64,000 bases of DNA from Candidatus Multivoradales bacterium (GCA_965248055.1 CBDFIJ010000004.1:2304001-2368000); one strand, 5' to 3'. Shown: positions 45,376 to 56,379, counted from the stretch's first letter. Notes: generated from the sequence alone by a model not told the origin. Numbers and translations: made by a program.

Positions 45376-46431
45376 TCAGCAAGCTCGTGTATGCGTCCAT
45401 GACATATGGCACTGATCGGTATGTTCAGCTACGTATTGTAGCGGTGGTCTTTGTCCGTGGCTCCAGTGGGGCCTTTCGGCGTTAAACCAGAGCATCCAGT
45501 CGAAGAGTTTTTGGTTGAAAGCTTGGAGGTCAGTGAAGAGCAAGTCTTCGTTGTAGTCAACGAATTTCTCTTGGATGGTTCGATTGAATCTCTCGGCTTG
45601 GGCGTTCATCTTCGGGCACCTGGGGTAGGTGTATCAGCGTTTGATTCCAGCCTCAGCAGCTTTCTTGTCGAAGGCTCCTTGAAACTCACTACCGTTGTCT
45701 GAGAGCACGGTAGTAACAGCAAATGGCAAGACATCGAGGCTCAGGTCCAGAAAGTGGGCTGCCGTGCTCGAGGTGTGGGAGTTGGTAGCTATTGCCAGAC
45801 TCATGCTGCTGGCGGCATCGCTCAGAGTGATCAAGTACCGGCGTTGGCCATCACAGAATCGCTCGATGGTATCTACTGCCACCCACTGGCCAGGCGAGCA
45901 TGCCTTGGTTCCTTTGGGCTTGCGAGGCTTACGCTTTCGTTTTGCTTTCACTCGACCCAGGCGATCAATCCTTTGGGGCACCAAGCGCATCTTGTCGGGA
46001 GCGTCGGCAATGATACGGCCAATCGTGCTCACAGACGGGCAGTCAATCCCTAGCGCCTCGCACCAGGGTTTCAAGAGTGGGTAGATCTTGTCCTTGCCAA
46101 AGTTAGGCTCTTTGACCCGCAGTCGACGGATCTCGGCCACTACATCAGGAGGCCAAGCACGACGTCTTCTCTTCTTCGGAGCTGTTGATTGAGGGTTTAG
46201 AGAGGTTAGCTTTCCTTTGCACCTACGAAGACGAGACTTCCAGCGATACAGAGTCCTCCGGTTCACCGAAAATGCATCGATCGCTGCATCGATCCCATGC
46301 TCCTGCCAGAATCTCAATGCTCGGATACGTTTCTCAGCGCTATCTTGGGTCATGACCCAAGATACCCCTAGATGACGAAGATGTCCCAGGCCTTGGAAAC
46401 GCCCTCTGATCAACCTCATGCTCATCGACAC
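45376..46431 (-). pseudogene. IS481-like DDE transposase interrupted by in-frame TGA (45634-45636)
   Basis: HTH (NRRTLYRWK), VAVDT, VLSDNGSEF, then GIKR*YTYPRCPKMNAQAERFNRT continuing in frame. Confidence 0.85.
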
Positions 46432-46471
46432 TCCTCATTGAACGAGTGCCATTTGTTTCTGAACTTATGCA
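45388..46471 (-). mobile_element. IS481-like insertion sequence
   Basis: Imperfect terminal inverted repeats TGTATGCGTCCATGACATATGGCACT / TGCATAAGTTCAGAAACAAATGGCACT; no clear target duplication. Confidence 0.7.
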
Positions 46472-46526
46472 GCCTTGGGCCTGTGAAAGAAGGGGTTGTG
46501 ATGTTTGGTCGATCGTCGCGACTGAT

Positions 46527-46557
46527 AAAAAAGGGGCGGCTGAAGCCGCCCCTTTTT
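46527..46557. terminator. bidirectional intrinsic terminator after the TonB-dependent receptor
   Basis: AAAAAAGGGGCGGC-TGAA-GCCGCCCCTTTTT. Confidence 0.9.
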
Positions 46558-46582
46558 GGTTCGGTTGAGTCTCTGCGACTGG

Positions 46583-49489
46583 CTAGAACCTGAAACCAAC
46601 TGCAAAACGGTATTCGCGGGGTGTGACGAAGTCTGCGTTACCACGCGCAGATCCAAACGATGGTGACTGTACGAACTGCGTCGGTCGACCGAGTGAATCC
46701 AAGGGGCTCCCCGTAGCGGGTGCAACGTCGACGTCCCAAAAGACCTGCCTGTCCTCGTTGGTGAGGTTGAACAGTTCCGCCTTGAGATAGGCATCTAAAC
46801 GTCCAAACGTTGGGATACTGTAGTTGAGAGACAGATCAAAGGTGTTCCAGCTGGCGAAATCACCGATGCCGCGATCGCCAAACCACAGCGTTGGGGTTGC
46901 TGGAAGGGACGCGTAGCCAGGATCCAGCGCTATCTGTTGTGCGGTAAGACCCTGGCGATCAGCGAAGCTAAACACACCGCCGGACTCATAGTTCATCAAC
47001 AGACTGGTGGCAAGACTGCCTGCCCGACCAAAAGAGAAGTTGTAACGAGCCCAGACCCGGATCTTGTCCTCGACAAACTCATCGAGACGACCTAGAGGGG
47101 CGTTACGTCGATCCAGAAGCTCTGGATAATCGCCAAAGTTCGATGCTCCGAAGCTCTGTCCTGATTCACCCTCATAGTCGCCATCGTTTTTGAACTGATG
47201 GGTGACATGCCCTTCGATGGTCAGCTTGTCGGTAATACTGTACCTACCTTGGATGATTGCTGCCTGATACTCCCGCGTTGGCACATCTGTGTTGTCATAA
47301 ACAACGTTGTTGAGGTTGAGTGGGGCCAGCCCAAGGTCAGGACGGCTGACGATTGTGCTGCCGTTGGCAAACTGAACCAGGTCTTCTACGAAATTGCTGG
47401 TATCGCGATTGACCAGTGTGGCCTCAAGGTAGCCACCTTTTGGTAGTTCAAAACCACCCTGCAGTGTGAATTCTTGAACTGTTGGTGAGCTAACGTTGTT
47501 TCTAAAAAACACATTCGCCGACGGGAAGGATCCGGCTACCAACACGTAGTTGTTGGGATCAAAACCGGCCACCGGATCACCCGACGGACCGACATAGAAC
47601 CCGTAGGCATAGCTTGGGTTGCCGACGTTGGTTACCGATCCAAAGTTGTTGCCACCGAAGCCGTAACCTCCCGCGTACTCACCGAATGTAGCGGTAACTC
47701 GGTACTTGCCATCTCCTTTAACGTCATAGGTCGCAGCTAGGCGAGGAACGATCGCGTCGGTAGAGACCGGGTCGGCACCAGCGTTGGTGGAGCTGCTGAT
47801 ATCTTCATAACGGACGCCAATATTGAACGACCAATGGTCATCTAGCTGCCAACGGTCGTTGACATAGAACGATTGAGTCTGCAGCTGAAGCTCCGCACCA
47901 CGAAACGCCTCAAAGAAGACCCCTAAGCTTGAGAAAAATTGTGGATCGGGAATCAAATCCCCGTCAGAACCGATGACCACATTGCCAGCGGCATCCTTCA
48001 AAGGATCAATGAAAAACACCCAGTCGGTTGCTGATTGCGAATTTCCACCGACATTGACATTGGTGAAGTCTTCGAAACCAATCCGTAGGTCGTGTGTGCC
48101 TTTGTTGGTATCAGCGAAGTACGAGACACTCGCTGTCAGTTGCTCATTGTTGCGATCTTCGGGATCGGTCGGGTCGAAGTAAACGCCGTTGTAGTGGCAG
48201 TCCGACGCATCATTCCAGCAGCGAACCGGCGAGGCAGTGATGTCTGTGTTGATGCCACCCTGTAGTGGAATATGGCGAAAACCGAAGTTCTTCTCGGAAA
48301 ACTGAGCTTCGCCAAAGACAGACGGGGACCATACGCCGCTATAGCCGAGTTTGGTCAGTTCTTGGGGAAATTCAATGGTTTCGATGGTTTGCAAGGTTGA
48401 GCCAACGTTAGTGGACGGACGCAAGTTGGATTGTTCGCGCTCGGTATAGCCGAAAGTTGCCGTATGCTTTTCAGCAAATGTCGCAGTTAGCTTTCCTTCC
48501 AGGCGTTCGTCGTTGTTTTGCTGGTTAAAGGGGACCGCGGTACGGGCCAAAGTGATCTGCGTGGTTGCAGCAGTGTCTCGACCGGCGGCAAAAAACCATA
48601 GTTGGTCTTCGATGATCTTGCCGCCAAGGGTGGCCGTGAAAACTTCGTTTCGAGTATTGACCCGAGTAATACCCGAGGTTTCCTCGAAAGGCGTTTCATC
48701 TCGCCATGATGGGTTGGTTAAATCGACCCGGGCGCTTCCAGAGAACTGGTTACCTCCGCTCTTGGTGATTGCGTTCACCACGCCGCCGGAGAACCTGCCG
48801 TATTCGGCGGAGATTCCGGAAGTGAGTATCTGGGTTTCCTCGATCGCTTCCTCGATGAAGAGGTCGGTCGCGGTGGCAAAGACCGGGTCGGTAATGTCGA
48901 CGCCATCCAAAAGCCATACCGAATCGAACTGGAAACCGCCGCTGATCGAAACCTGACCGGGCACATTCGAGGTGCTACCTTGAGTTAGCCCGGGAGAAAG
49001 GTCGGCAATTGCTGCCATTCCTCGCCCTCCAAGTGGCAATGTGTCAACTTCTTCGGCGGTCAAGTTGATGCCCACAGTCGGTGTCTCCAGTGCGCTGACT
49101 GACTCCCCGGAGACCACGATAGTTTCCTCAAAGTTGGCTTGAAGCTGCGCGGAAACGTTGGCGCTTTGACCGAGGTCGAGCGTCTGTGTCACCTCGACGG
49201 TCGACATTCCATCTATGGTGAAAGTGACCGAATAGGCGCCCCGCGGAAGCCCACGAAGAACGTAGGCGCCGTTAGCTCCGGTTACGGTTTCACGTGCCCC
49301 CTGAAGAGTGCTTGCCGTTGCCGTTACCAACACACCCGGGAGTGCGTCACCTTTTTCGTCGGTTACCGTGCCTCGCACTGTCCCGGATTGGGTGCCCTGG
49401 GCAAGCATGGGTGCAACGAGCAGGAAGGTTGTCGCAAGCGCAAGTGCTACGACAATTCCCGTTTGCTTTCGGATCATCATTCTGTTCAT
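46583..49489 (-). CDS. TonB-dependent receptor (Oar-like, N-terminal carboxypeptidase-regulatory-like domain)
   Basis: Signal peptide, GTVTDEKGDALPGV, SAEYGRFSGGVVNAITKSG plug motif, C-terminal VGFRF. Confidence 0.92.
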   Translation of the reverse strand: MNRMMIRKQTGIVVALALATTFLLVAPMLAQGTQSGTVRGTVTDEKGDALPGVLVTATASTLQGARETVTGANGAYVLRGLPRGAYSVTFTIDGMSTVEVTQTLDLGQSANVSAQLQANFEETIVVSGESVSALETPTVGINLTAEEVDTLPLGGRGMAAIADLSPGLTQGSTSNVPGQVSISGGFQFDSVWLLDGVDITDPVFATATDLFIEEAIEETQILTSGISAEYGRFSGGVVNAITKSGGNQFSGSARVDLTNPSWRDETPFEETSGITRVNTRNEVFTATLGGKIIEDQLWFFAAGRDTAATTQITLARTAVPFNQQNNDERLEGKLTATFAEKHTATFGYTEREQSNLRPSTNVGSTLQTIETIEFPQELTKLGYSGVWSPSVFGEAQFSEKNFGFRHIPLQGGINTDITASPVRCWNDASDCHYNGVYFDPTDPEDRNNEQLTASVSYFADTNKGTHDLRIGFEDFTNVNVGGNSQSATDWVFFIDPLKDAAGNVVIGSDGDLIPDPQFFSSLGVFFEAFRGAELQLQTQSFYVNDRWQLDDHWSFNIGVRYEDISSSTNAGADPVSTDAIVPRLAATYDVKGDGKYRVTATFGEYAGGYGFGGNNFGSVTNVGNPSYAYGFYVGPSGDPVAGFDPNNYVLVAGSFPSANVFFRNNVSSPTVQEFTLQGGFELPKGGYLEATLVNRDTSNFVEDLVQFANGSTIVSRPDLGLAPLNLNNVVYDNTDVPTREYQAAIIQGRYSITDKLTIEGHVTHQFKNDGDYEGESGQSFGASNFGDYPELLDRRNAPLGRLDEFVEDKIRVWARYNFSFGRAGSLATSLLMNYESGGVFSFADRQGLTAQQIALDPGYASLPATPTLWFGDRGIGDFASWNTFDLSLNYSIPTFGRLDAYLKAELFNLTNEDRQVFWDVDVAPATGSPLDSLGRPTQFVQSPSFGSARGNADFVTPREYRFAVGFRF

Positions 49490-49877
49490 TCGAACTCCTT
49501 CTTGGTTCCGTTAGATAAATATCTGCGGCCACGGTGGCTGCCGATGTGTTGCCCAGATTGAGCAAGAGCAGTTCCCAACCCTTGGCCGAGAGCGTTTAGT
49601 GCGGCTATTTGTTGCGGAGGAGAGCCAAAAGAAACATCTGCATCGGCAATTCATCGGGGTCCTCAGGGATACCTCTGAACTAGTTCTTGAAAATTGGCCA
49701 ACCAGGAGTCCCTTTGCGCCGAATAAATGCAGATTCCCGGATTTGTGGTCAAAAAAATGGATCACGCGCAATCGAGCCGACTAGAAACGGGCTACGGGCT
49801 CGCTTCGATTCCCTATCTGCCAACGTAGCTGAGACACTTGGCCCCCTGATAATTAGAGGGCGGAAGGAGGTTTCAGT

Positions 49878-50399
49878 ATGTTTCAGAATCAGCCCATATT
49901 GCCCGTCTCGCCGAAGGCGACCGAGGAGCGTAGCGACGAGGGATCCGGAGGGGAGACGGCGCAGTTGTCCTCGACCCCCGAATCGGTACCCGACCCTGAG
50001 ATCGAGGCTCGACCCGCCAGACGGCGGTTTACGGCAAAGTACAAACTGGCGATCTTGGAGCAGGCCGACGCTTGCTCCAGCCGAGAGGAGGTCGGGTCCC
50101 TGTTGCGCCGGGAGGGTCTCTACTCATCTCATCTATCTAACTGGCGCCTAGCTCGGCGACGGGGATCGCTTGCCGCGCTCGGCAAGAGGCGCGGACGCAA
50201 ACCCAAAAGGCACCCGTTGGAAAGCAAGGTTGCTCGACTAGAGCGGGAGAAGACTCGACTAGAGCGGGAGAAGACTCGACTAGAGCGGGAGAAGACTCGG
50301 CTTGAGAACGAATTGCACAGGGCACAGCTGATCATCGATGTGCAAAGAAAAGTAGCCGGGCTGCTGGGTATCCCCTCAGAGGGCGAGAAGAACTCGTGA
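49878..50399 (+). CDS. IS3-family OrfA (HTH + leucine zipper)
   Basis: RRRFTAKYKLAIL, LLRREGLYSSHLSNWR; GTGA overlap with orfB. Confidence 0.85.
   Translation: MFQNQPILPVSPKATEERSDEGSGGETAQLSSTPESVPDPEIEARPARRRFTAKYKLAILEQADACSSREEVGSLLRREGLYSSHLSNWRLARRRGSLAALGKRRGRKPKRHPLESKVARLEREKTRLEREKTRLEREKTRLENELHRAQLIIDVQRKVAGLLGIPSEGEKNS
50233..50299 (+). repeat. 21-bp tandem repeat x3 (RLEREKT heptad) in OrfA
   Basis: CTCGACTAGAGCGGGAGAAGA repeated three times perfectly. Confidence 0.95.
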
Positions 50400-51409
50400 A
50401 AGCGGCCAGGACGCTGGCTCCGTGGGTCGGTATCGCACCGGCCTGCCGGAGCCTGAGCGTCAGTCGTGCAACGTTCTATCGTCGGCTTCGGCCGAGATCA
50501 ACCGAGCCTCAGCAGCCTCGACCGACTCCAGCTCGGGCACTGACAGTCAGCGAAAAACAACAGGTCCTTGACCTACTCAACGGGCCGCGCTTTGTCGACG
50601 CTGCACCGGCGGCCGTGGTGGCCACCCTTCTCGACGAAGAACGCTATCTGTGCTCGGAGCGCACCATGTACCGACTCCTGGCAGCTGAGAAGACGTTGCA
50701 GGAGAGACGGCGCCAACGCCGCCATCCGGTCTATACCAAGCCAGAGCTACTCGCCACAGCGGCAAACCAAGTCTGGAGCTGGGATATCACCCGGCTGCGA
50801 GGTCCGCAGCCGGGATGGTGGTTCTATCTCTACGTTGTCCTCGATATCTTCAGCCGCTATGTGGTCGGCTGGATGCTCGCCGAGCACGAACGCGAGGCCT
50901 TAGCCCAAAGGCTTCTCGAGGAGACCTCAACCAAGCAAGGCATTCCCAAGAATCAGCTAACCCTACACAGTGATCGGGGCTCGCCGATGACCGCCAAGGA
51001 CACCGGACGACTCCTCGTAAGGCTTGGTATCTCTCAGTCGTTCTCGCGGCCTCGCATCTCCAACGATAATCCCTTCTCCGAAGCACAATTCAAGACCCTC
51101 AAGTATCACCCGAGCTTTCCCGATCGGTTCGGCTCGATCGAGGACGCTATCGCCTTCTGCAGGTCGTTCTTTATCTGGTACAACACCCAGCACCGTCACG
51201 CCGGCATCGCCATGCTGACACCCGAAGATGTCCACTACGGCAAGGCCGACCACAAGCTCAAAATCCGTCAACTGGCCCTCGATGAAGCCTGGCGAAACAA
51301 CCCGCAGCGCTTTGTCCGAGGAAGACCGACCATTCAGCTACTACCCAGAGCCGTATGGATCAATCCACCCGAACGTCAACATGCCAAGGAGGTCGTCCCG
51401 ATACACTAA
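50396..51409 (+). CDS. IS3-family OrfB DDE transposase
   Basis: WSWDIT, LDIFSRYVVGW, HSDRGS, NDNPFSEAQFKTLKY. Confidence 0.92.
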   Translation: MKAARTLAPWVGIAPACRSLSVSRATFYRRLRPRSTEPQQPRPTPARALTVSEKQQVLDLLNGPRFVDAAPAAVVATLLDEERYLCSERTMYRLLAAEKTLQERRRQRRHPVYTKPELLATAANQVWSWDITRLRGPQPGWWFYLYVVLDIFSRYVVGWMLAEHEREALAQRLLEETSTKQGIPKNQLTLHSDRGSPMTAKDTGRLLVRLGISQSFSRPRISNDNPFSEAQFKTLKYHPSFPDRFGSIEDAIAFCRSFFIWYNTQHRHAGIAMLTPEDVHYGKADHKLKIRQLALDEAWRNNPQRFVRGRPTIQLLPRAVWINPPERQHAKEVVPIH

Positions 51410-51489
51410 TTAATTCTGCCAACTGTCTCAAAGTTGTTGACAGGTTCCGATTGCCGATTTTCTGGTACTCATGTCGCCAAGTCCCGTGT

Positions 51490-52920
51490 GAGTCAATCCC
51501 ATTCCTAGTTGAAACAATTCACGGCTCCGGTTGATTTAGGCCGCTCTTGCGGCCACTTCCTTGTTTTCGATCTTCAGTTTCCTCATCAAGGCTTCTCGTA
51601 GTTGCGGCAAGTGACGGTAGCCCATCACTCGTCTCAGCCGCGGTTCGATATCCAGCAGTGCGGTGACCAGCCAGCGTTGCCGTTGGTTGGAATTTTTCCA
51701 GTAGTCGATCTTGGCGCAGCGGGCCTCGACAGCTGCATTGATCGACTCAAGACAATTGGTAGTTTTAAACGAGCGACCCAGGACCCCGTAGAGTCCTAGT
51801 TGATGCAGCGTCAAGGTCTCTTCCAGCCCTTCTCGCAGGCTGGCCGCCGCTGACTGGTTGCGATCTTCCAGCTCGTGGCGGAGCTCCTCAAGCGCAGTCT
51901 TAGCCTCCTCGTATTCTGGTCGGTTGTAAGCTCGCTGCAACCTCTGGCGCCACAGCGCCTGTTCTCCCTTGGGTAAATAGCTGACCACGTTCTCACGCTT
52001 GTGCCACTGGCAGCGTTGCACCAGGGCTCGACCCTTAAACGCCTTGGCAACGGCCGAGCGTAATCCCTTGCCACCATCAATGATCACCAGCAAGCCCTGG
52101 GAAATGTCGAGACCTCGCTCGATGAGTGAGCGCAGAAAGGGCGTCAACACCTTCTCGTTCTCGGTACCCGTCTCGACAAAGCCCAGGAAGCGTTTATCTC
52201 CGCTGGCCGTGATGCCCAAAGCCACTACCATCGTGGTGTCAGCAAACGTCTTACCGTCCAAGAACAGAGCAACCACATCCTCTCCACCGAGGTCGCGTTG
52301 CTGAAACTCTTTGAGCTTGGCTGCGCTGGCCTCAATAAAGCCACGCGAGACCGTCGAGCTAGACAGCCCGATGGCACCTGGAATCGACTCCGCTGCCGCT
52401 TCGTAGTCACGGCATGAGATTCCGTAGAGCACCCGCCTTAGGAGTAGATCGTTGGCCTCCCGGTCGTTGCCCAGGGCTTCGTAGCTCGAGAGTGGAATCT
52501 CTCCCCCTGAAACACTGCGGACCCGAGGCACTTGGATCGGCACTCGTTGGCCAGCAAGGCCCACCGTGCCGGGGTTACTCCCGTGACGCCGACCTTGTGT
52601 TGATGACTCTTTGCGCGCGTATCGCTCCCCTGCTAGAGACGTCACTTCCTGGTTCAGCAACTCATGGATGTGCATCAAACCTATTGGCACCAAAGAGCGA
52701 ATTAGATCCACTTTGGTGTCCAGTTCAAGAGCAGCGTAGTGGCTGTGGCTCACGACTTCGACCTCACCCAGCTTGCGATTCTTCTTGCGTTTCTTGACTC
52801 TATGTAAAACACTCATCTATCGGCTCCTTTTCTCGTTGTGGCTTGATGGCCTCTTGGAAATTCCATCAAATCACGGGTTGAGGAGCCGTTTCAAATTTCA
52901 ACTAACTTTAGGACACACTC
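51490..52920 (-). mobile_element. IS256-family insertion sequence with 8-bp target duplication
   Basis: IRs GAGTCAATCCCATTCCTAGTTGAAA / GAGTGTGTCCTAAAGTTAGTTGAAA; TCCCGTGT at 51482-51489 and 52921-52928. Confidence 0.92.
51536..52816 (-). CDS. IS256-family transposase
   Basis: LFLDG, IIDGGKGL, QRCQWHKRENV, TTNCLESIN. Confidence 0.92.
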   Translation of the reverse strand: MSVLHRVKKRKKNRKLGEVEVVSHSHYAALELDTKVDLIRSLVPIGLMHIHELLNQEVTSLAGERYARKESSTQGRRHGSNPGTVGLAGQRVPIQVPRVRSVSGGEIPLSSYEALGNDREANDLLLRRVLYGISCRDYEAAAESIPGAIGLSSSTVSRGFIEASAAKLKEFQQRDLGGEDVVALFLDGKTFADTTMVVALGITASGDKRFLGFVETGTENEKVLTPFLRSLIERGLDISQGLLVIIDGGKGLRSAVAKAFKGRALVQRCQWHKRENVVSYLPKGEQALWRQRLQRAYNRPEYEEAKTALEELRHELEDRNQSAAASLREGLEETLTLHQLGLYGVLGRSFKTTNCLESINAAVEARCAKIDYWKNSNQRQRWLVTALLDIEPRLRRVMGYRHLPQLREALMRKLKIENKEVAARAA

Positions 52921-53192
52921 TCCCGTGTCTCTGAAACTTCTCAATGACTGTTCCTACTTTGCTCAGATCTCTGGAGACGCCTCACGTGCGGTGATTGCAT
53001 TGTAACTGGCCGCAAGATTTGGGTTGCTGATGGTTCGGGCTGTTGCGGTTCCAGTTCATTTGAGCCCAAAAGCAACCAGGCTCGACTTAGGTAGAAGAAG
53101 ATCGGCGAGAGTTCGGCGAAACATCAGGACACGCTAGTCAACAGTTGAGACTGTTCTGTATGGAGGACAGTGCAGCGCAACAAGGAGACGCA

Positions 53193-53615
53193 ATGCAGTC
53201 AATCAGGACACTGAGCCCAGTAGTTTCCCAATACCCCGAGGAGCCCAAACAAGTTGTCTATCGGTTCGCCGAGTTCGAGTTGTCTTCCTTGCCGATACGT
53301 CTGAGGTTGAATGGCGCGGAAGTTAAGGTCAGGCCGCAGGCTCTTCGCGTGCTTGAAATGCTACTCCGACATACCGGAAATACGGTCACCGCAGGTCAAC
53401 TAAAAGGCCAAATTTGGCCTGGCAGAGACCACGGAAGCTTCAAGTCAGCTGTACGAATTGCCGTTGTACACCTCAGAAAGGCCCTTGGAGACCAAGCACA
53501 AATGCCACTGTATGTAGAGACGGTACCGAGAATTGGATACCGGTTTGTCCATCCAGTGATGGTGACCGAGTCACTGTTGGTGCGTCGGAAGCAGTTGGAC
53601 AGAACCAGCTTCTAG
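53193..53615 (+). CDS. stand-alone CadC/OmpR-type winged-helix protein
   Basis: YRFAEFEL...LRKALGD...YVETVPRIGYRF; AAGGAG RBS. Confidence 0.8.
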   Translation: MQSIRTLSPVVSQYPEEPKQVVYRFAEFELSSLPIRLRLNGAEVKVRPQALRVLEMLLRHTGNTVTAGQLKGQIWPGRDHGSFKSAVRIAVVHLRKALGDQAQMPLYVETVPRIGYRFVHPVMVTESLLVRRKQLDRTSF

Positions 53616-53651
53616 TGAGTTGGTTACGTTCTTGCTACTCAGAGTCTCCGA

Positions 53652-55589
53652 GTGAGACCTGAGGCGACACAAGTCAACACGGATAATAGCGCTGAGTACT
53701 TAGGAGATCTTCCAACGGGAGATCTATTGGTCGGCACCAAGGTGGTGCGCCCGCTGGCGTTGGAGATCGCTGACGACATTGGAGTCGAACGCATCGAAGC
53801 GAAGACGATGCGGGTTCTCATGTGCTTGGCCCGCAAGGAAGGTGAACCGGTCACCCGCGAGGAGCTTCACAGTGCGGTGTGGTCTGACGTTGTCGTCACG
53901 GACGATGTCATTCATCGTGCGATATCGATTCTTCGCAAGGTATTTGGAGACAGCGCCACCGAGCAGCGGGTGATCGAGACGATCCCGCGGGTTGGCTATC
54001 GTCTTGGAGTTCCGGTTGAGTGGATTGCCGAGGATTCTGTATCGCCGCCAGGCCCACAATCGAAGAAAAAACGAAGCCAACTTGTCACCAGTTTTCTTGC
54101 AGTGCTGACCCTAGGAGCGGGAGTTGCTTTTTTGGATGGACGTGGCATGCGAAATGAACCACTGGTCGCTTCTGATCAGGTGGTGGGACCGATTGAACGC
54201 GCAGACGCTCTGGTCAAAAAGGGAGACTTACTGGCTGCTGAGAAAGAACTGCAGCGACTCTTAGATAGCGAGCCGGGTCAGTTAGCAAGTCGCACACGAT
54301 TGGCGACCATGCAGATTCGTCGAAAAGATAGTGCTGCAGCACTCAGGACCCTAGCGCAACGCCCTCAAGGACAACAAGACGATATCGACTTACTGACCTT
54401 GAAGTCTTACGCGTTGAATTTGGATGGAAAAAACGACGCAGCTAGGGAAATAGTGCAAAGTGTGCTCAGTCGATCCAATCGCAACATTGCTGCCCAACGC
54501 CTCTACGTCAACCTGATCAGGGATGTCGGCTGGCTAGTGCCGGAGCCATTGCAATTTCTGACGCCACCTGCTGCGGTCGAACAAGATATCGCGCTGATTT
54601 ACGCGCACTCGGCCGAGTGGGACGGGCGCCCAGACGTGGCGAATGAAGCTCTTGAGAGATTGCGTGAGAGCCTACCTGCTGGCAGCGACCGACAACGAGA
54701 AGCGACTTTGTTGTTGTCTAGATTCTATTTGCGTCACCGATCTTGGGGCAAGTTGATCGCCTTGGCTGAGCCTCAATTCCGGCAGCCCAGTTTGCCGACT
54801 CATATCGAGCTGCTTCGCCACTATTCCGAAGCGCTCTTTCAAGAACGCGGGTTGGCTGCTGCTGTGGCGTTGTTGGAGGGGGTTGCTAACTCGGGTCCGG
54901 CGGCCGCCAAACCCACCATGCTGCGTAAGGCAGAACTCCAATTCCGTGCGGGTCGGGTAGAGAACGGCGAGGCATCGCTTTCGCGATTGCGCGAACGGGC
55001 AGATGCGGATGGCCTCATTGCGGTCGCGCGGGTGTACGAACGCGTCGGTCGTTCGGAACAGGCCGTTTCGACCTCTTTTGAGGCTTTGGCCTTGAACCCA
55101 AGATCGGATCGCGGCCAGCTCTCATTGGCCTCGATCCTTCAGGATAACGGTCGCGAAGCGGAAGCTGAGGGCATCTATCGCACTGTTCTCGAACGTTCGC
55201 CGAGCTCCGCGTTCGCGCTCAACAACCTTGCATTTTTACTTGCTCGCAGCGGGCGGAAACTAGACGAGGCGCTCGAATTCGCGAATCGCGCAGTGGCATT
55301 GGCGGGCAATGACTTCGCCTTCTTGGACACTTTGGGTTGGGTTCACTTTCAGCTGGGCGATGGTCAGGCTGCGATCGAACTCCTGCAGCGCGCGATTCGC
55401 CAGAACCCATTCGATCCAGAGATTCTTCACCATGCTGGAGACATTGCTCGGAGCACCGGCGATAGCGAGCTTGCCCACGAGTACTATCAGCACTCTCTTG
55501 CACTTCCTGGAGCGCGCAAGGCTGACATTGAACGCAAACTGAGTGAGCTACCTCCTGCGCCTGCTGAGACAAAGAAGGAGCGCCAGTAG
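53652..55589 (+). CDS. CadC-like wHTH - TM - TPR one-component regulator
   Basis: [11 protein letters not shown] wHTH, one TM helix, TPRs (ALNNLAFLLA, FLDTLGWVHF). Confidence 0.85.
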   Translation: MRPEATQVNTDNSAEYLGDLPTGDLLVGTKVVRPLALEIADDIGVERIEAKTMRVLMCLARKEGEPVTREELHSAVWSDVVVTDDVIHRAISILRKVFGDSATEQRVIETIPRVGYRLGVPVEWIAEDSVSPPGPQSKKKRSQLVTSFLAVLTLGAGVAFLDGRGMRNEPLVASDQVVGPIERADALVKKGDLLAAEKELQRLLDSEPGQLASRTRLATMQIRRKDSAAALRTLAQRPQGQQDDIDLLTLKSYALNLDGKNDAAREIVQSVLSRSNRNIAAQRLYVNLIRDVGWLVPEPLQFLTPPAAVEQDIALIYAHSAEWDGRPDVANEALERLRESLPAGSDRQREATLLLSRFYLRHRSWGKLIALAEPQFRQPSLPTHIELLRHYSEALFQERGLAAAVALLEGVANSGPAAAKPTMLRKAELQFRAGRVENGEASLSRLRERADADGLIAVARVYERVGRSEQAVSTSFEALALNPRSDRGQLSLASILQDNGREAEAEGIYRTVLERSPSSAFALNNLAFLLARSGRKLDEALEFANRAVALAGNDFAFLDTLGWVHFQLGDGQAAIELLQRAIRQNPFDPEILHHAGDIARSTGDSELAHEYYQHSLALPGARKADIERKLSELPPAPAETKKERQ

Positions 55590-55980
55590 ACGCGCCATTG
55601 GCGGTGTATTTTCCGAGGTACACGGGCGGCCGCTGCCCTCGATCAGTACCGATTGTCTTCGGACCGAGACGGAAGACGGACATATCGGAGTTGCGCCTTG
55701 TGGCAGAAAATCAGGAATTTTGATCCCAAACCGCCTCTGGGGCGAAACCTAAGGAAATCCTAATGAACCTAAACGGTTGGTCATGCGTTGTTGTTTTATA
55801 GAAGAGGACAAATGCGAACTGACAGACAAAGTAATGACTTCGAAAGATTGAACCGAGATTCCATTGAATTGGACTAAGGGGATGAAGTTGATCGTCAACA
55901 ACCAATTGCAGCGCCACAACAACCTTCATTCGCTCCCCACGTACAAAGGGTAATGAGTGATGACAGACGAGGAGAACGAT

Positions 55981-56379
55981 ATGGGAACGATTGCCAACAT
56001 GAGAGACAGCGGAGAACAGTTTCGCCCCACGTCTGACAGACCCGTTCGTCGGGTCTACCGTTTCGGTGGTTACGATTTGACCACCTCGCCGCTACGCCTC
56101 GACCGCAATGGACAGCGAGTTGAGGTACGCCCGCAATCGCTGCGATTACTTGAGCGCTTGTTGAGTGAAATCGGCTCGGTGGTCGCCACCGATGATTTGT
56201 TTCCAGCGAGTCAGGACGCGAGAAGCCAAGCTCGAGTGGCGGTGGTTCACCTGCGTCGGGTGCTAGGAGATAGAAGTGGATCGCCACGTTTCGTCGAGAC
56301 GGTGCGCGGGCAGGGCTACCGGTTCGTCCATCCGGTCGAGGTTGTAGAAGAGCCGATGGTTCGTTGGCAAGTCCGTTAA
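55981..56379 (+). CDS. stand-alone CadC/OmpR-type winged-helix protein
   Basis: YRFGGYDL...HLRRVLGD...FVETVRGQGYRFVHPV; paralog of 53193-53615. Confidence 0.8.
   Translation: MGTIANMRDSGEQFRPTSDRPVRRVYRFGGYDLTTSPLRLDRNGQRVEVRPQSLRLLERLLSEIGSVVATDDLFPASQDARSQARVAVVHLRRVLGDRSGSPRFVETVRGQGYRFVHPVEVVEEPMVRWQVR

Larger units (their letters stand above)
49818..51442 (+). mobile_element. IS3-family insertion sequence
   Basis: Inverted repeats TGCCAACGTAGCTGAGACACTTGGC / TGTCAACAACTTTGAGACAGTTGGC enclosing orfA and orfB. Confidence 0.8.

Noticed and set aside
50233-50299. CRISPR array
   Set aside because: Tandem repeats without spacers inside a coding region. No repeat-spacer array or cas gene is seen in the window.
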